DNA of 64,000 nt from Botryllus schlosseri (Eukaryota): assembly GCA_051294905.1 (NCBI GenBank), contig CM119371.1, forward strand, positions 11,596,001 to 11,660,000. Reading direction: 5' to 3'. Within the stretch, counting starts at the first letter, position 1; the number at the start of each line of letters is the position of its first letter. The notes beneath the pieces are model-generated. The model had not been told where the DNA came from. It made no database searches and saw only the letters and a list, made by a program, of their open reading frames with translations. Below, in pieces: positions 52,522 through 64,000 of the stretch. The position numbers and the translations under genes were made by a program.

Positions 52522-53460
52522 TTAGCTTCCTGATTCCACATCGCTTTCAACTGGGTCTTGTTCAACCATGACGTGCACGATATTGCTAGGCACACATCTT
52601 TTGAATCTACCATGCTGTGGTATTTCGTCAGCGCTACTGTCCTCGAAGATACCAGGGTTAATTGTGGACTGTAGTTGGCTGAATTGTAGAATCGGCTGAA
52701 TTGCGGAGTTCGCATAAAAATCGGACGTACCATCTTTATAAAAACTATTCGGGATCATTGAGTTACCGGCTATTAAAGACTCATCTGATACAGTAGGCTT
52801 GGTTATTATTTTGTTTGTCCGATTAGAAATGTCCTGTTCTTGAACCGCATCAAGACCGGCCTTGCACGTGCTTAGATGTTTCGAGTATTTTACATAAGTC
52901 TTGAAAACGGTGCCGCAACTGAGACAGTGGTATTCCAAGTGCTTGGTCATGTGCCGGTTGTACTGGTCTTTTCGGCAAAAGGTCTGACCGCAAAACTTGC
53001 AGTCGTGAGGCTGGTAACCGGAATGAGTCCGAATGTGCCTGGTCAAGCTGGACCTGGTCGAAAAGCATGCGGGCGGGTGGCAGGTGTCACATTTGTACGG
53101 TTTTTCGCCGGTGTGCGTCCTCAAGTGGCATTCCAAGTCGTGTTTAGTGCCGTTACATTTCCCGCATATCGTGCACTGATACTTTTTATCCCGAGTGTGA
53201 AGACGCATGTGACTTTCCAAAGTCGATTTCCTGGTGAACAGCTTCTGGCAGACGTCACATTGGCTCATGGTTTCCGACGTGGAGTGCAGCGTTTGGTGCT
53301 GTTTCAACATCGCGGAATCCAAAAACACATCGCCGCACGTCTTACAGGAATGGGCTATCGGCACGACGTGTCTGCGTTGATGGGCGCGGAAATTACGTAG
53401 CTTGTGGAAGGTCTTGTTGCAGACGTCGCACGTGTACTCCTTATCTTGCAAGGATATCAT
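52522..53460 (-). CDS. C2H2 zinc-finger protein (6 C2H2 plus 1 C2HC finger, acidic C-terminus)
   Basis: 312-aa ORF with tandem CxxC...HxxxH fingers and an HTGEKPY linker; splice acceptor just upstream (about 53525). Confidence 0.88.
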   Translation of the reverse strand: MISLQDKEYTCDVCNKTFHKLRNFRAHQRRHVVPIAHSCKTCGDVFLDSAMLKQHQTLHSTSETMSQCDVCQKLFTRKSTLESHMRLHTRDKKYQCTICGKCNGTKHDLECHLRTHTGEKPYKCDTCHPPACFSTRSSLTRHIRTHSGYQPHDCKFCGQTFCRKDQYNRHMTKHLEYHCLSCGTVFKTYVKYSKHLSTCKAGLDAVQEQDISNRTNKIITKPTVSDESLIAGNSMIPNSFYKDGTSDFYANSAIQPILQFSQLQSTINPGIFEDSSADEIPQHGRFKRCVPSNIVHVMVEQDPVESDVESGS

Positions 53461-54845
53461 GGCTTGCGTTGACTGTCTCCACCTTCTGACCGTAACACAG
53501 TGCTAGGCAATTATAGTAAGAAACCTGTTAGACGTAGAAAGAAATATAAATATTTCATCACAAGATGACAGTATCTTGAGGAAAAAGGCAATTCGGCATG
53601 CGTCAATTGGGCATGTGACACACGAGGTTAAATTACGGGCTGGGGGGTTTGGGTTGAATTTAGGCTTGGGTTAGGATATATTTAGCGGTTAATTTCAGGG
53701 TTATGTATCAGGTTAGGGTTAGTAAATGGTTATGAAATCAAATGCCAAAGTGTCCCATGCACAACTATCGTTTTCCATTGTGTTGCATGCTTATAATTAT
53801 GTTGAGGAACCATACGATAACCATATATTCTGCAGCGCTTTGTGACTTTGGGAGGGTCTATCATAACTTGATAAAAATATTGTGTAACCGCTTTGTCTAT
53901 ACTGAGTTAGCCTACAACCAACTGGATTTCGGAGGCTCTAACAGTAGGAATCTAGTAATGAGACTAAATTTTTTAGTAGCACAATATGGGTGCGTCTAAT
54001 TTGTGCATGTCGACTATGTCGCAGAGTTGGTTGGAAATAAACTGCAAGGATAATTTGATTATGACATGGACTTTTAAACGTTAATTAGCAGCTTCTCAAT
54101 GAAGATCGGCCATTACATGTTTTAGACAAAGTTTGTACGAGATAGAACGAGAAGATGGGAGCTGCCTTCAAAGTATTTATGAGTTGCAAGGCTAGGTGAA
54201 AGCTTTCGTAGTAAGTATCATATCAAGACTGATCAATTTCATGCTTTTGAATGCTGCAGCAGATATACGAAGTAACAATATGCTCATATTATTATGCTCC
54301 GATGAAAGGGCGAAACGAAGTTGACTTCTACCCAGATTTTACTCGCGCTTGCTTTTACTTTGCTGGTAGCATTTAAAGACTACTTTATGGAATCAAGGTC
54401 CTGTGATCACACAATTATTATTTTATTTCAGCTTGGAGAATCATCGCTGCTCACCCGTTTTATTAGGCAAACAAAACGTACCAAAAAATACTAAAGACAT
54501 ACCAGTATCGTTTTGTTCGTCATACAGTACTCTTACCCATACTAAGAGTCTTTCACAGCACAGAGTGCGTCGAAATTGAATCGCGGCTTATATAGCGCTA
54601 TAGGGGCATTGTTTTATACGAACTGAAACAAAACAACGTTTCTTGCATTGTTGACAAAATGACAAACACATCGCCGCATTTTGACGTCTATTCCAAGCAA
54701 AAGAAACCTCTCCCAGTGACAGGTTTTAATTTCAGTCAAAACAAAGAAGTGATGTTATGAGCCGTGAGTATGTAAATCGTAAATGGCAGTAGTGACAGAC
54801 TGACAGTAACTGCTCCAATCCAACCTTAATCATTATCATAATCAA

Positions 54846-55666
54846 TAGGGCTGTTTTTTTTGACATGTCAAAATTTGTCAAAATTTTGTCAAAATTGTAG
54901 CGTTAGGTCAAAATTTGTCAAAATTGTTCATAAAGTCAAAATTTTTTTGACGTCGTTATTTCGTTTGTATCGTAGATTTTGCACTGCCAGCGAACGTATC
55001 ATTTGATATTTTACAGCTTGTAGCCTACTTTATAGGCCTACTGTTGTAAACGGCTAATTGTCTGCTCATACTGAATTATCAACGGTCAAATAAAACAAAT
55101 AGGTGGACATGGTATTATGGTCAACGTACCGCAATATCCTAACTGGGGCATCATTCTTATATTGAGAAGCGCATGATGAAAAATTGTAATAGACAACATT
55201 GTCAGAATGAAGCAACATGGTGTGTCACCAGTAGTGCATGCACAACTTGAGTGTTGTCAGCCAACAACTGCTGCTGTTGAACATCCTTGGCAAGTAAGGA
55301 CATGCACTTTTTACCCAAGAATATAGGAAAGTATCTCTCGTTGTACTACAATTTTTTTTAAATTATTTCCACCATAATACGTATTACCACTGGAATTCTT
55401 CATAGGGCCAGATTTCGTTAAAATATTGTTTTTTATATGTACAAAGTTGCCTGTTTCTATGCCAAAAACGTTTTTTCAGGCCGAACTACTTTGTTGGGAC
55501 AGCCAGTTACAACCGGAAATGTAGAGCACTGGTACAATTTTGACATTATTTGGGAAAACACCTAATTTGCATACGTTAGGTCAAAATTTTTTAGGTCAAA
55601 AAAAGTCAAAATTTTGATTTTTTAGGTCAAAATTTTCTTTTTTTTAGGTAAAAAAAAAACGCCCTA
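54846..55666 (+). mobile_element. hAT deletion derivative, same family as 10407-11245
   Basis: TSD ATAATCAA; colinear with 10407-11245. Confidence 0.88.
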
Positions 55667-56509
55667 ATAATCAATAATGCCACACTTACAGCACTTAGCA
55701 GTGAGCTACATACGGTATATATTTACACGTATGACCCCAAATCTTGAGAGGAATTCTCAATCCCATACTGCTACCGCCTGTCAGATAACTCATCAATACA
55801 CTGCTGAAAAAGCGAGTTGCGATAACTTTTTTGGAAAATCGCATGAAATCTGACGAAGTATCCGAAATCTGATTCTGACTGAATTCGCAATTCTGGGTTC
55901 AGAGTTCAGACATTGGGTTTATAACCAGTGTATGAGAGCGATTTGACGTTTGTATCACCCTCGTCGGTATCGCACATACCTCAATCAACAGATTATATTT
56001 TCATATTCATGCCCAAGACACACACACAATTTACAATGCAATATACAAGACACACAGTGCCATGTGATGAATAGATAGGGGGATACCGAACAACGAACCT
56101 GATGGGCTCTCTTAAACTAGCATCCACCTCGACCAAATGCCCTACGTCGCAGTCTTCTTCGATGTTATTCTTTTTTCGTCGGTTCTTTTTTGGCAGCTAT
56201 TTCTTGCTTTTTTTGCTTGATCGGGTGTTTCTTTCAGGCTTTTTTGTCCCCGTAAGAACAGCAACACGGGGGACGAGGAGCCCAGGATAGCCTCCGACGG
56301 CGGTCTGCCTTCTTGAGTGGCGACGACGGTCGCCACTACGCTGTCGCTATCTCCCCGGAATATCTGCTGAAATAATAGCAACGAAAAATATTTCGCCACT
56401 ACGCTATCTCCCCCTGCATAAGTTATGCACCAATCTCCAAAATTTGCCATGAAAGTTTGCATTTCCTATGAATTCAAATATACAAACTACATATTGCTTT
56501 TACATAAGG

Positions 56510-58343
56510 TAGGCTTACCATCTCAGAGAAGCGAAATGTGGGATGTAGCATTTTTCTCGACCTAAAAATAGCGTTTGACTGCGTAGATCATAAAATTCTC
56601 AACTCGAAATTGGCGCGTTACGGACTTCGGGGCCCACAACTTGAGCTGATGAAAAGTTACCTCACTGGACGCCAACAAATGGTTGCGATCTCAGACACCT
56701 TGTCCTCTCCTCACCCGGTGACCTGTGGTGTGCCCCAGGGCTCAGTACTTGGACCGGTCCTTTTCACCTTATATGTCAACGACATTTTTGAAACCTCCTC
56801 ATTGAACACCACACTGTTCGCTGATGATACTCACCTCCTCTCTTCCGCATCTTCGACGGCAGAGCTGGATGCCCTGACTGGTGACCAAATGCCCAAAGTC
56901 CATGAGTGGACGGAACAACCTTTGCATAAACGCCTCGAAATCGCAATTGCTGACAGTAAATTCAAAAAATAACCTAACCGTTAATATCGCTGGTCAGCCC
57001 GTTTCCAACACAGATAATGCCAAATATCTCGGAGTTCTACTGGACTCGAACATGTCCTGGAAGAGTCAAATTCAGTCCCTAGAAACTAAATTATCACCGA
57101 AGTGCGGCCTGTTCTGCAGCCTTGGGCGCATCATGACAGCATGGGTTCTTCTGATACTCTTTAAATCCTTAATCCAATCGAAGTTACATTATGGCATCCT
57201 CTGTTGGGGGGCTGCCAGTAAAACTGCACTCAAGCCACTGCAGAAACTACAGCATAAAGTACTCCGAATCATAGCTAGGGCCCCAAAGGGTCCTGGCTGT
57301 CCATACAATAAGTCGCTGCTGAAGAGATTCGGCGTCCTAAACATAGAAGATATGCGGAAACTAGAAATCGCCAAGTTTATGTATCAGTTTTACTGCGGTC
57401 GTTGCCCCGAATATTTCAATGACTTCTTTACCTCTGAATCAAAAGCGCACAAGTACAACACACGCGCGTCCACGTCGTCCAAATATCATATGATCGACCG
57501 AAAAGATCATCGCTCCATCAAATATGCCGGACCTGATGTGTGGAACAGTATCCCGCCGGCCATCCGACAGTCGACGAGCATGTCCACATTCAAGTCGAAA
57601 TACAAGCAATTATTACTACTAAATAAATACAGTCCATCCTCAAGATTACCGGACGACGACTGACCTATCGATCTCGCTTCCCATGACATGCCGCCCTATT
57701 TCTTGTCGCATTCTTTTTCTATACTATCTTCTTTATTTTCATTCAGTGTGCATGCCTCCTCTTTACATTGCCTAGGCCAAGGTGGGTGTCGGATTCCATA
57801 GACTACTCCTTGTCGCTTCGACATCTTCCTGTCTTTTCATTGTATCGCATTTTTGTGGTGTATTGAACTGATAAAATTGCTAATAAACCAATGATGATGA
57901 TGATGATGATACGTCCTCTTTTAAGAGGATTTGTCCTCTTTTTTGACTTTTTTGAAAATGTCCTCGGAGGACGCCCTTTTGTCCTCTTTTTTGAGATTTT
58001 GTCCTCTTTTTTGAAAATTTAGGTCAGATTTAGAGCAAATTGCAAGTGATATGCCGCAAATTAGCACAGAAGTGAAGCTCCGGCGGATATTTCGGAGTTA
58101 AAAACGGTGATTTTAGCTTTGAGCGAAAAGATGACTTTTTTTTTTTTTTTTAGTCATCGACCTGGCAATGCGGATAAAAAACGGTATTTTGAGCTCTGAG
58201 CGGAAGTGATGACCTTTTTTTTTAGTCAACCGATCACAAAGTGGGAAAAATTCACCGGTTTTTGAGAATTCTACTCCGGTTTTGCATCTTGCAAATTTCT
58301 GAAAAAGTGTCCTCTTTTACATTTCCAAAATATGGTAAGCCTA
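56510..58343. mobile_element. TAGG(C/G)TTACCA-family MITE interrupted just inside its left end by the LINE
   Basis: TAGGCTTACCA at 56510 resumes as ACGTCCTCTTT at 57911; right end TGGTAAGCCTA; CATAAGG on both flanks. Confidence 0.75.
56520..57910 (+). mobile_element. 5'-truncated CR1/L2-clade LINE (RT C-terminal half, frameshifted near 56915) with (GAT)n tail
   Basis: FLDLKIAFDCVDH, GVPQGSVLGPVLFTLYVND, LFADDT, KYLGVLLDSNMSW, SKLHYGILCWG; AATAAA followed by GAT repeats. Confidence 0.92.
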
Positions 58344-58716
58344 CATAAGGTAACCAGCATTTGGAATCAAGAAAGGTGGACAATGGATATGGACACTTTT
58401 CACTAAGGATTACCGGAACTGAAAACAGCTGATTCAAAATTTGTACTAGAAATATTTTTGTGCTGACTGAAAAAAGGTCATCATTTCGATTCGACAACCG
58501 AATTACCTATATTTTTAAGATACTGTTGTGGTGTTTAATGCAAAAGGGTCATCTCTCAGTCCTACTCCCGAATGAATCGCTCAAACGTCCTCATTAAACA
58601 TTTCCCGTCATTTATGGCGATAGCCTGGCGATTGGTCCAGCTGTCAAAGCTGTAAAGGAGTTTCCGAAAAGGACATTAAGGGGTTATCGGAGGACATTTT
58701 CGACTTCCTGATAAAG

Positions 58717-59076
58717 TAGGGTTACCATACGTCCTCTTTCAAGTGGATTTGTCCTCTTTTGTGACTTTTTTGAAAGTGTCCTCGGAGGACGCCCAAATGT
58801 CCTCTGTTTCAAGATTTTGTCTTCTTTTTTGAGATTTTATATATAATTTACATGAATACATGGCAAAATCAACTTATATACAGTAAATCAGCACTGAAGT
58901 AACGTTCCGATGGGTATTTCGGGAGCCGGGTTGGAAGGTTGACCTTTTTTTAGTCAAAACCGATCACAATGTTAGAGAAATTTGCTATTTTTTCGGGATT
59001 ATCCACCGGTTTTGCTAGTGTGGTGAAAATTTTGAAAAGTTTCCTCTTTTCTCATTTCAAAAATATGGTAAACCTA
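58717..59076. mobile_element. hAT-type MITE (TAGGGTTACCA family)
   Basis: Perfect TSD TGATAAAG; GTCCTCTTT repeats. Confidence 0.88.
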
Positions 59077-59129
59077 TGATAAAGGAGGATAAGCCTACTT
59101 TACATGCCTCATCTTTTCATCACCTATGA

Positions 59130-59412
59130 CAGTGGTTTTCAAACTGACGGACGCGAAGCTGTATTGATGTGAAATTTTTTTTCGTGTTTTGCGCTATTTA
59201 CCTTAAATTTATAGTAGTTTCTATATATGTACAATCCAAATTTCATGTTTGAGAATTATCTCATCTACATTCGTCATAACCGTCCATGCCATCAAGCTAG
59301 CCGTTGTGATTACTAGCATGTTGGTTGCATTTTGTGAAATTACGATAACGGGGGCGCGAAATTATCACTTATCATAAAATGGGGAGTGTCTAAAAAAGTT
59401 TGAGAACCACTG
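59130..59412. mobile_element. hAT/Charlie-like MITE
   Basis: CAGTGGTTTTCAAACT...AGTTTGAGAACCACTG ends. Confidence 0.72.
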
Positions 59413-60294
59413 ACCTAGGCCCATAATAGACGTGTGTCTGATTTCAAAAACTATTTTGTCATTCATTTTATCGCAATCTTGTTGTAAATTGATTAGATAA
59501 AACTATCACTATTATTATTATTATTAAAATAAACCGCACATAGGCTACACAAAAACCGAATTTTATTTAGCAAAAGTGCACTTACAAAAGTTTAAAATTC
59601 TCTTAGAACCTTTTTACACTCATCAGTGTTGGGACCAAGTCACTACCTTCGAGTCACGAGTCATCTCGAGTCATTGCACATTTTGACTCGAGTCAAGTCG
59701 AGTCAATCGAATTTCAAAGGTGACTCGAGTCAAGTCAAGTCACTCGTTTTCGGAGGTGACTCGAGTCAAGTCAAGTCAAGTCAAGTGACGAGTCAAGTCA
59801 CGATTCTAGTCAAATTGAATTTTCGGAGTATGTGATGCAAAGTCATTACATTTTGCTAACTCGGTGAAGGACAGATCAAATGGCAATTTATCTTGAAACA
59901 AATATCAGATATAAAGTTTACCATACATGCAAAAAGGTACTGTATCGCTCACGCACACGTAAAACTGCTAATAAAATACGTGAGTAACTGTACGTACATG
60001 CTGCAGTCTGTTATTATCAGCTAATATATAGAGTATCGAATACATATCAATGGTACAATACACCACCAATCCGTGAGAATATAAGCTCATGTACTATATT
60101 CGTTCTATATAAACCATACCAGAGTGATGGTAAAAGCAGTGAGCAGTGAGCACTGCGCGCAATGTAAGCACTGAGCCGTCTAAGATACAAAGATACGTTG
60201 CTATTAGACTAATCTCCTGCTAGTACGACAACGTAAGCTGTGATCGTTGCGGTCAATTTATTTGTGATGCAGCAATGGACGAACAGTGAAACGT

Positions 60295-60484
60295 CTGACA
60301 GACAGACAGACAGACAGAAGTTTATTTTCATGTGTAAGAAAGTAATGCTGTGAAATGGTGGCCAGCGATACGACCTTCAGGCCTTCAAGTCAGCTGGTCA
60401 CCTCATACATTAAACAGACAGTCATATATAGGTCAACATGCAATACCAATTACATATAACCCATATATGTATATCTATAGTTAA
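60295..60484 (-). mobile_element. Probable LINE 3' end with (CTGT)n tail, interrupted by the BEL element
   Basis: Minus strand reads ...aaataaacttctgtctgtctgtctgtctgtc, a polyA-like signal plus microsatellite tail. Confidence 0.55.
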
Positions 60485-63400
60485 TGTCGCGGTGGATTTT
60501 TCTTTATGGCTCATCGTTCACCGCCTTGACTATTTCGTAGTGCACCCTGCACATGGTATGGCGCAGGGCTCAATATGTCGAGTGACGCGGTGGCGGTCGC
60601 CTGTTTTGTTTTGTCGTAGTTCTGCTCTGTCTATCGTTTATGTTTTGTCCTTTCAGGAAAACGAGTGATTTTTTAACGTCACAAATAAGATATTGATCCA
60701 CTTGGTGTTCTTGTTTGATGTTAGTTGAAAATCAGAAGAAGTCAGCTTGATACAACACGGTAGTCGACATTTTTGGAGACTACAAAGGTTAAAAAATCGA
60801 GTGTTACCTAGCGGTACATTATGGATACTCCGTCAAAAGACTTCGATGCGAAAGTCAATGACAACATTTTTGGTCTAAGAAGAGACCTCAACGCTGCTGA
60901 TGCGTACTTCATGAAATGTATGAGTGGAGCTTCTCTACCTGCTGCGGTTGTGGCTGCAAAGGACAGTCTCGATGAGACATTTCACAGAGTCAGTGCCCAC
61001 TTGGATTATCTTACTCTCGAAGCGAAGAAGATGACCGACGTCAGTGACTCTGCTGAATTAACATTGAAAAGAATCAGGTCATTTTATGACCTATGTTATT
61101 ATACTAAGAAGATTGCTGATGACGCATATGGCAAGTTTACTTCTGAAACAGTAAGTACGCCGCCTAGCGACATAAATTTGAGAGGTATTGTGGACGCAAG
61201 GAGTAGACTGAACTATGAAGGTTCGATAGCCGGCGTACCGGTATCCTCTGTAAACAAGGATATAGGATCGAAATACAACTTGGAGGAGTTGGAGTGGGAT
61301 GTTTTTCATGCTCAGGACAAACTTGAACGAGCTAGAGCTTCGTCTAAAACTGACTCAGTAGCTTCTGTGATTAGTCAAGAGAGTTACTGCGGCTTGGGTA
61401 GCAATGTTACCCCTAGCGAAAGAATACCATTTGCTGTTGCTGATAAACTACCTGTGGAAGAGTTTTCACCCACTCTAGCTACTCCTATGCAGTTTCAAAC
61501 CTTTACAACATGGAGTCCTCCTATTCACCGTATTGAAGGATGTTCGTTGCCAGAACCTAATATAAGGAGCAATCACCATGTTACTGATCGTTACTTATCA
61601 CCATCTCATCAAGAACCTGTGGCGCCTGTTTTAATCAGCCAACATCAAGACCAACGTCGTTCTGCCGGCCACGTTTCGTCAGTTCCAGTGCCTACCTACA
61701 GAAACAGATTTCCACTATCTTACACTGGGCCGGCTATCCATGACCAAGTTAACGCCGCTACCTTATCAAGTGAGCGGAACAATATTCAGGTTACCGCCCG
61801 ATCAGGTACGTCATATAATGGCCAGTACTCGGCCACTCATAATGGGCCGGCTAATGCAATCCATTTTAATCCAGGCTTTCAAACGTGTGAAATGCCTTCT
61901 CATAGTTTTCCGCATTCTGCAGCCGCTAACGCCAACCATAGTGAGCTACTGCACCCGCCACAAAATCCCATAATTCCACCTTCTCTGCCTGTAACTCACC
62001 AGGTACCAGTCTTCACTGATAGTAGAATGAACCCGTGGGGTGGCATGTTGGGATCGGTGAAACGCGGTTTTGACCTACAAACTATTCAAATTAGTAGCTT
62101 CAATGGCGATCCCCTTGATTACCATAGGTTCACCAATGAATTTGATTGTTCATTTGATCCCGAGGATGTTGATCCTAATGAAAGGCACTCTGCAAGAACC
62201 AAACTAAATAAGTTGATAAGTCTTTGCACCGGAAAAGCCCGCTCTGCGCTAGAGTGCTGCCGCATTGGGAGGCAAGATGATGCTGCTTATAAATATGCTC
62301 GAGATGTCTTGTACGACAACTATGGTCGCACATCCTATGTTGTAGCAGCATTTATTGGACAATTGACTGATGAAACACCAGTCGATACTACAAATTTACA
62401 AATGCTTATAGAGGCATCCGACCAGCTACAAGCTGCCAAACGGGTCCTCGAACAATGTGATTCAATATCCCAAGTGAATGCAACTGGTGTTTTTCACGGT
62501 ATCTTGAGTAGATATCCCATTTCATTTTTGAACCGTTTTCTCGCAAAGCATGTCGAGCAGGTTGAAGCCGGCATCGATCCAAATTTCAAAGATTTCGTGA
62601 AGTTTGTCAAAAGAGAAACATCATTGGCTCGGTCACCATTGGGTCGGTTCATTAATGATCTTCACAGCAAGAAGTACTCGAAGAATCTGCGCAAGACTAC
62701 AATAAAGGTGAATGCCACATCTGCCATGGCTTCAAGCTCGACAGATCAAGATGCCGTCGAAAAGAAGCCGCACTCATCTTGCATCCTATGTCAAGGCCCC
62801 CATCCTCTCTTCTACTGTGATACCTTCCGTAGGATGTCTATAGACGAACGTCGACGACTCGTGGAAGAGAGCCTGGTATGCCGTAATTGTTTATCCTATG
62901 GACATGATCACAATTCTTGCCCATCGTCATATCGCTGTAGAGTTGATGGGTGTGGCTATCTTCATAGCTCGTTATTACATGACGCATTTAAACGACAGGT
63001 ATATCCTAAATCCAATGTTGTTGCCAGCAACAACACAATGATGCCTCTATTTCCCTCGATCGGGGAGAGAAGTTGCCCAGTTCGTTTGTCTGTAGTACCT
63101 GTGGTAATCACCTGTAGAGCTTCCTCTATCAGGATTACCACTCATGCATTCCTCGATTCTGGGGCTACCAACTGTCTTTGTACTTATCGTTTACTAGACA
63201 AATTGGGGATTAGTGGTGAGCCAGTTAAGTGCTTGATGAATACTGCCGCGGGTACCCTTCCCAGCCAGTCTGAATTTGTGTCCATCTCTGTTCAAGGGAT
63301 TGGGGAAAGTACAGTCATCAACTTGAATGATGTATTGGCTACTCGCCACTTTCCTGATGTCGAAAGTCATACCCCAAATGCAGAAACCGTTGCACAATGC

Positions 63401-64000
63401 TCACACCTGAAAGAACTGTATATTCCGCTTATTGATATAAATGATGTTGACCTTATTATTGGTAGACAAGTTCTTATGTGCTACCCGGCAGATGAAGTTA
63501 TCAGACCCCGAGATAATTTGCCTGGTGCTGAACACACTGTATTTGGCTGGTGTTTGGGTGGCTCTGACAAAACCCTTCGAACAAATGTCGACTCTACTGA
63601 AGTTAATTTTCTTGATTGCAATAACAAGATTTCTGTTATTGATGATAATTTCAGGAAACATTGTGTTCCTCCAGCATTACCAATGTGTTCTGCATGTAAT
63701 GCTGATTTTCCTGATCTGGATTGTGATCCATATGAAATTCATCCCTCTGTCGAAGACGAACAAGCCATTGATATTATGAAGAAAACTTCTCGCATAACAA
63801 ATGGACGTTTTCAAGTCGGGATGCTCTGGAAATCAGATGACGTCGCTTTACCTCCGAACAGGGAAGCTGCTGTAAAGTCTCTCGAAACTCAACGAACCAA
63901 ATTTAAGAAAGATCCTGAACTTTTTCAGAAGTACAACGAAAAAATTAATGACTATCTGTCAAGGGGATATGCTCAGGCTATGCCGTCGGACATACTTCCA
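60485..64000 (+). mobile_element. BEL/Pao LTR retrotransposon, 5' part (5' LTR about 60485-60769; continues past window end)
   Basis: Candidate LTR bounded by TGTCG...CGACA, followed by TTTTTGG, then a long gag-pol ORF. Confidence 0.9.
60821..64000 (+). CDS. BEL/Pao gag-pol polyprotein (partial, 1060 codons, open to window end)
   Basis: Hand translation shows no stop. Gag motif FNGDPLDYHRFTNEF (~62100); three Cys/His knuckles CILCQGPHPLFYC, CRNCLSYGHDHNSC, CRVDGCGYLHSSLLH (62780-62980); aspartic protease FLDSGAT (~63155); pre-RT GRFQVGMLWK...YNEKINDYLSRGYA. Confidence 0.92.
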   Translation, partial: MDTPSKDFDAKVNDNIFGLRRDLNAADAYFMKCMSGASLPAAVVAAKDSLDETFHRVSAHLDYLTLEAKKMTDVSDSAELTLKRIRSFYDLCYYTKKIADDAYGKFTSETVSTPPSDINLRGIVDARSRLNYEGSIAGVPVSSVNKDIGSKYNLEELEWDVFHAQDKLERARASSKTDSVASVISQESYCGLGSNVTPSERIPFAVADKLPVEEFSPTLATPMQFQTFTTWSPPIHRIEGCSLPEPNIRSNHHVTDRYLSPSHQEPVAPVLISQHQDQRRSAGHVSSVPVPTYRNRFPLSYTGPAIHDQVNAATLSSERNNIQVTARSGTSYNGQYSATHNGPANAIHFNPGFQTCEMPSHSFPHSAAANANHSELLHPPQNPIIPPSLPVTHQVPVFTDSRMNPWGGMLGSVKRGFDLQTIQISSFNGDPLDYHRFTNEFDCSFDPEDVDPNERHSARTKLNKLISLCTGKARSALECCRIGRQDDAAYKYARDVLYDNYGRTSYVVAAFIGQLTDETPVDTTNLQMLIEASDQLQAAKRVLEQCDSISQVNATGVFHGILSRYPISFLNRFLAKHVEQVEAGIDPNFKDFVKFVKRETSLARSPLGRFINDLHSKKYSKNLRKTTIKVNATSAMASSSTDQDAVEKKPHSSCILCQGPHPLFYCDTFRRMSIDERRRLVEESLVCRNCLSYGHDHNSCPSSYRCRVDGCGYLHSSLLHDAFKRQVYPKSNVVASNNTMMPLFPSIGERSCPVRLSVVPVVITCRASSIRITTHAFLDSGATNCLCTYRLLDKLGISGEPVKCLMNTAAGTLPSQSEFVSISVQGIGESTVINLNDVLATRHFPDVESHTPNAETVAQCSHLKELYIPLIDINDVDLIIGRQVLMCYPADEVIRPRDNLPGAEHTVFGWCLGGSDKTLRTNVDSTEVNFLDCNNKISVIDDNFRKHCVPPALPMCSACNADFPDLDCDPYEIHPSVEDEQAIDIMKKTSRITNGRFQVGMLWKSDDVALPPNREAAVKSLETQRTKFKKDPELFQKYNEKINDYLSRGYAQAMPSDILP

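Overview
Eukaryotic, AT-rich invertebrate genomic DNA; the compact intron-containing genes suggest an ascidian/tunicate, but that is inference only. Five host genes can be read by hand: STK36/fused kinase (minus, 6 coding exons, ~1325 aa); a single-exon, extended CMC1 (plus) head-to-head with it; AMACR (plus, 8 exons, 379 aa, C-terminal SKL); EMC6 (minus); and a C2H2 zinc-finger gene (minus). Much of the rest is a dense, often nested transposon landscape: many hAT-type non-autonomous elements with 8-bp TSDs, a degenerate PIF/Harbinger, a 9-bp-TSD Mutator-like element carrying telomere-like repeats, a Kolobok-like TTAA element, P-like foldback MITEs, tRNA-derived SINEs sharing a core motif, CR1/L2 LINE fragments, and the 5' part of an apparently intact BEL/Pao LTR retrotransposon whose 1060-codon ORF runs off the window and is absent from the ORF track. 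The first ~21 kb also appears to hide a decayed, multi-exon, internally repeated minus-strand gene of unknown family (low confidence). No CRISPR, rRNA or bona fide tRNA genes were seen.
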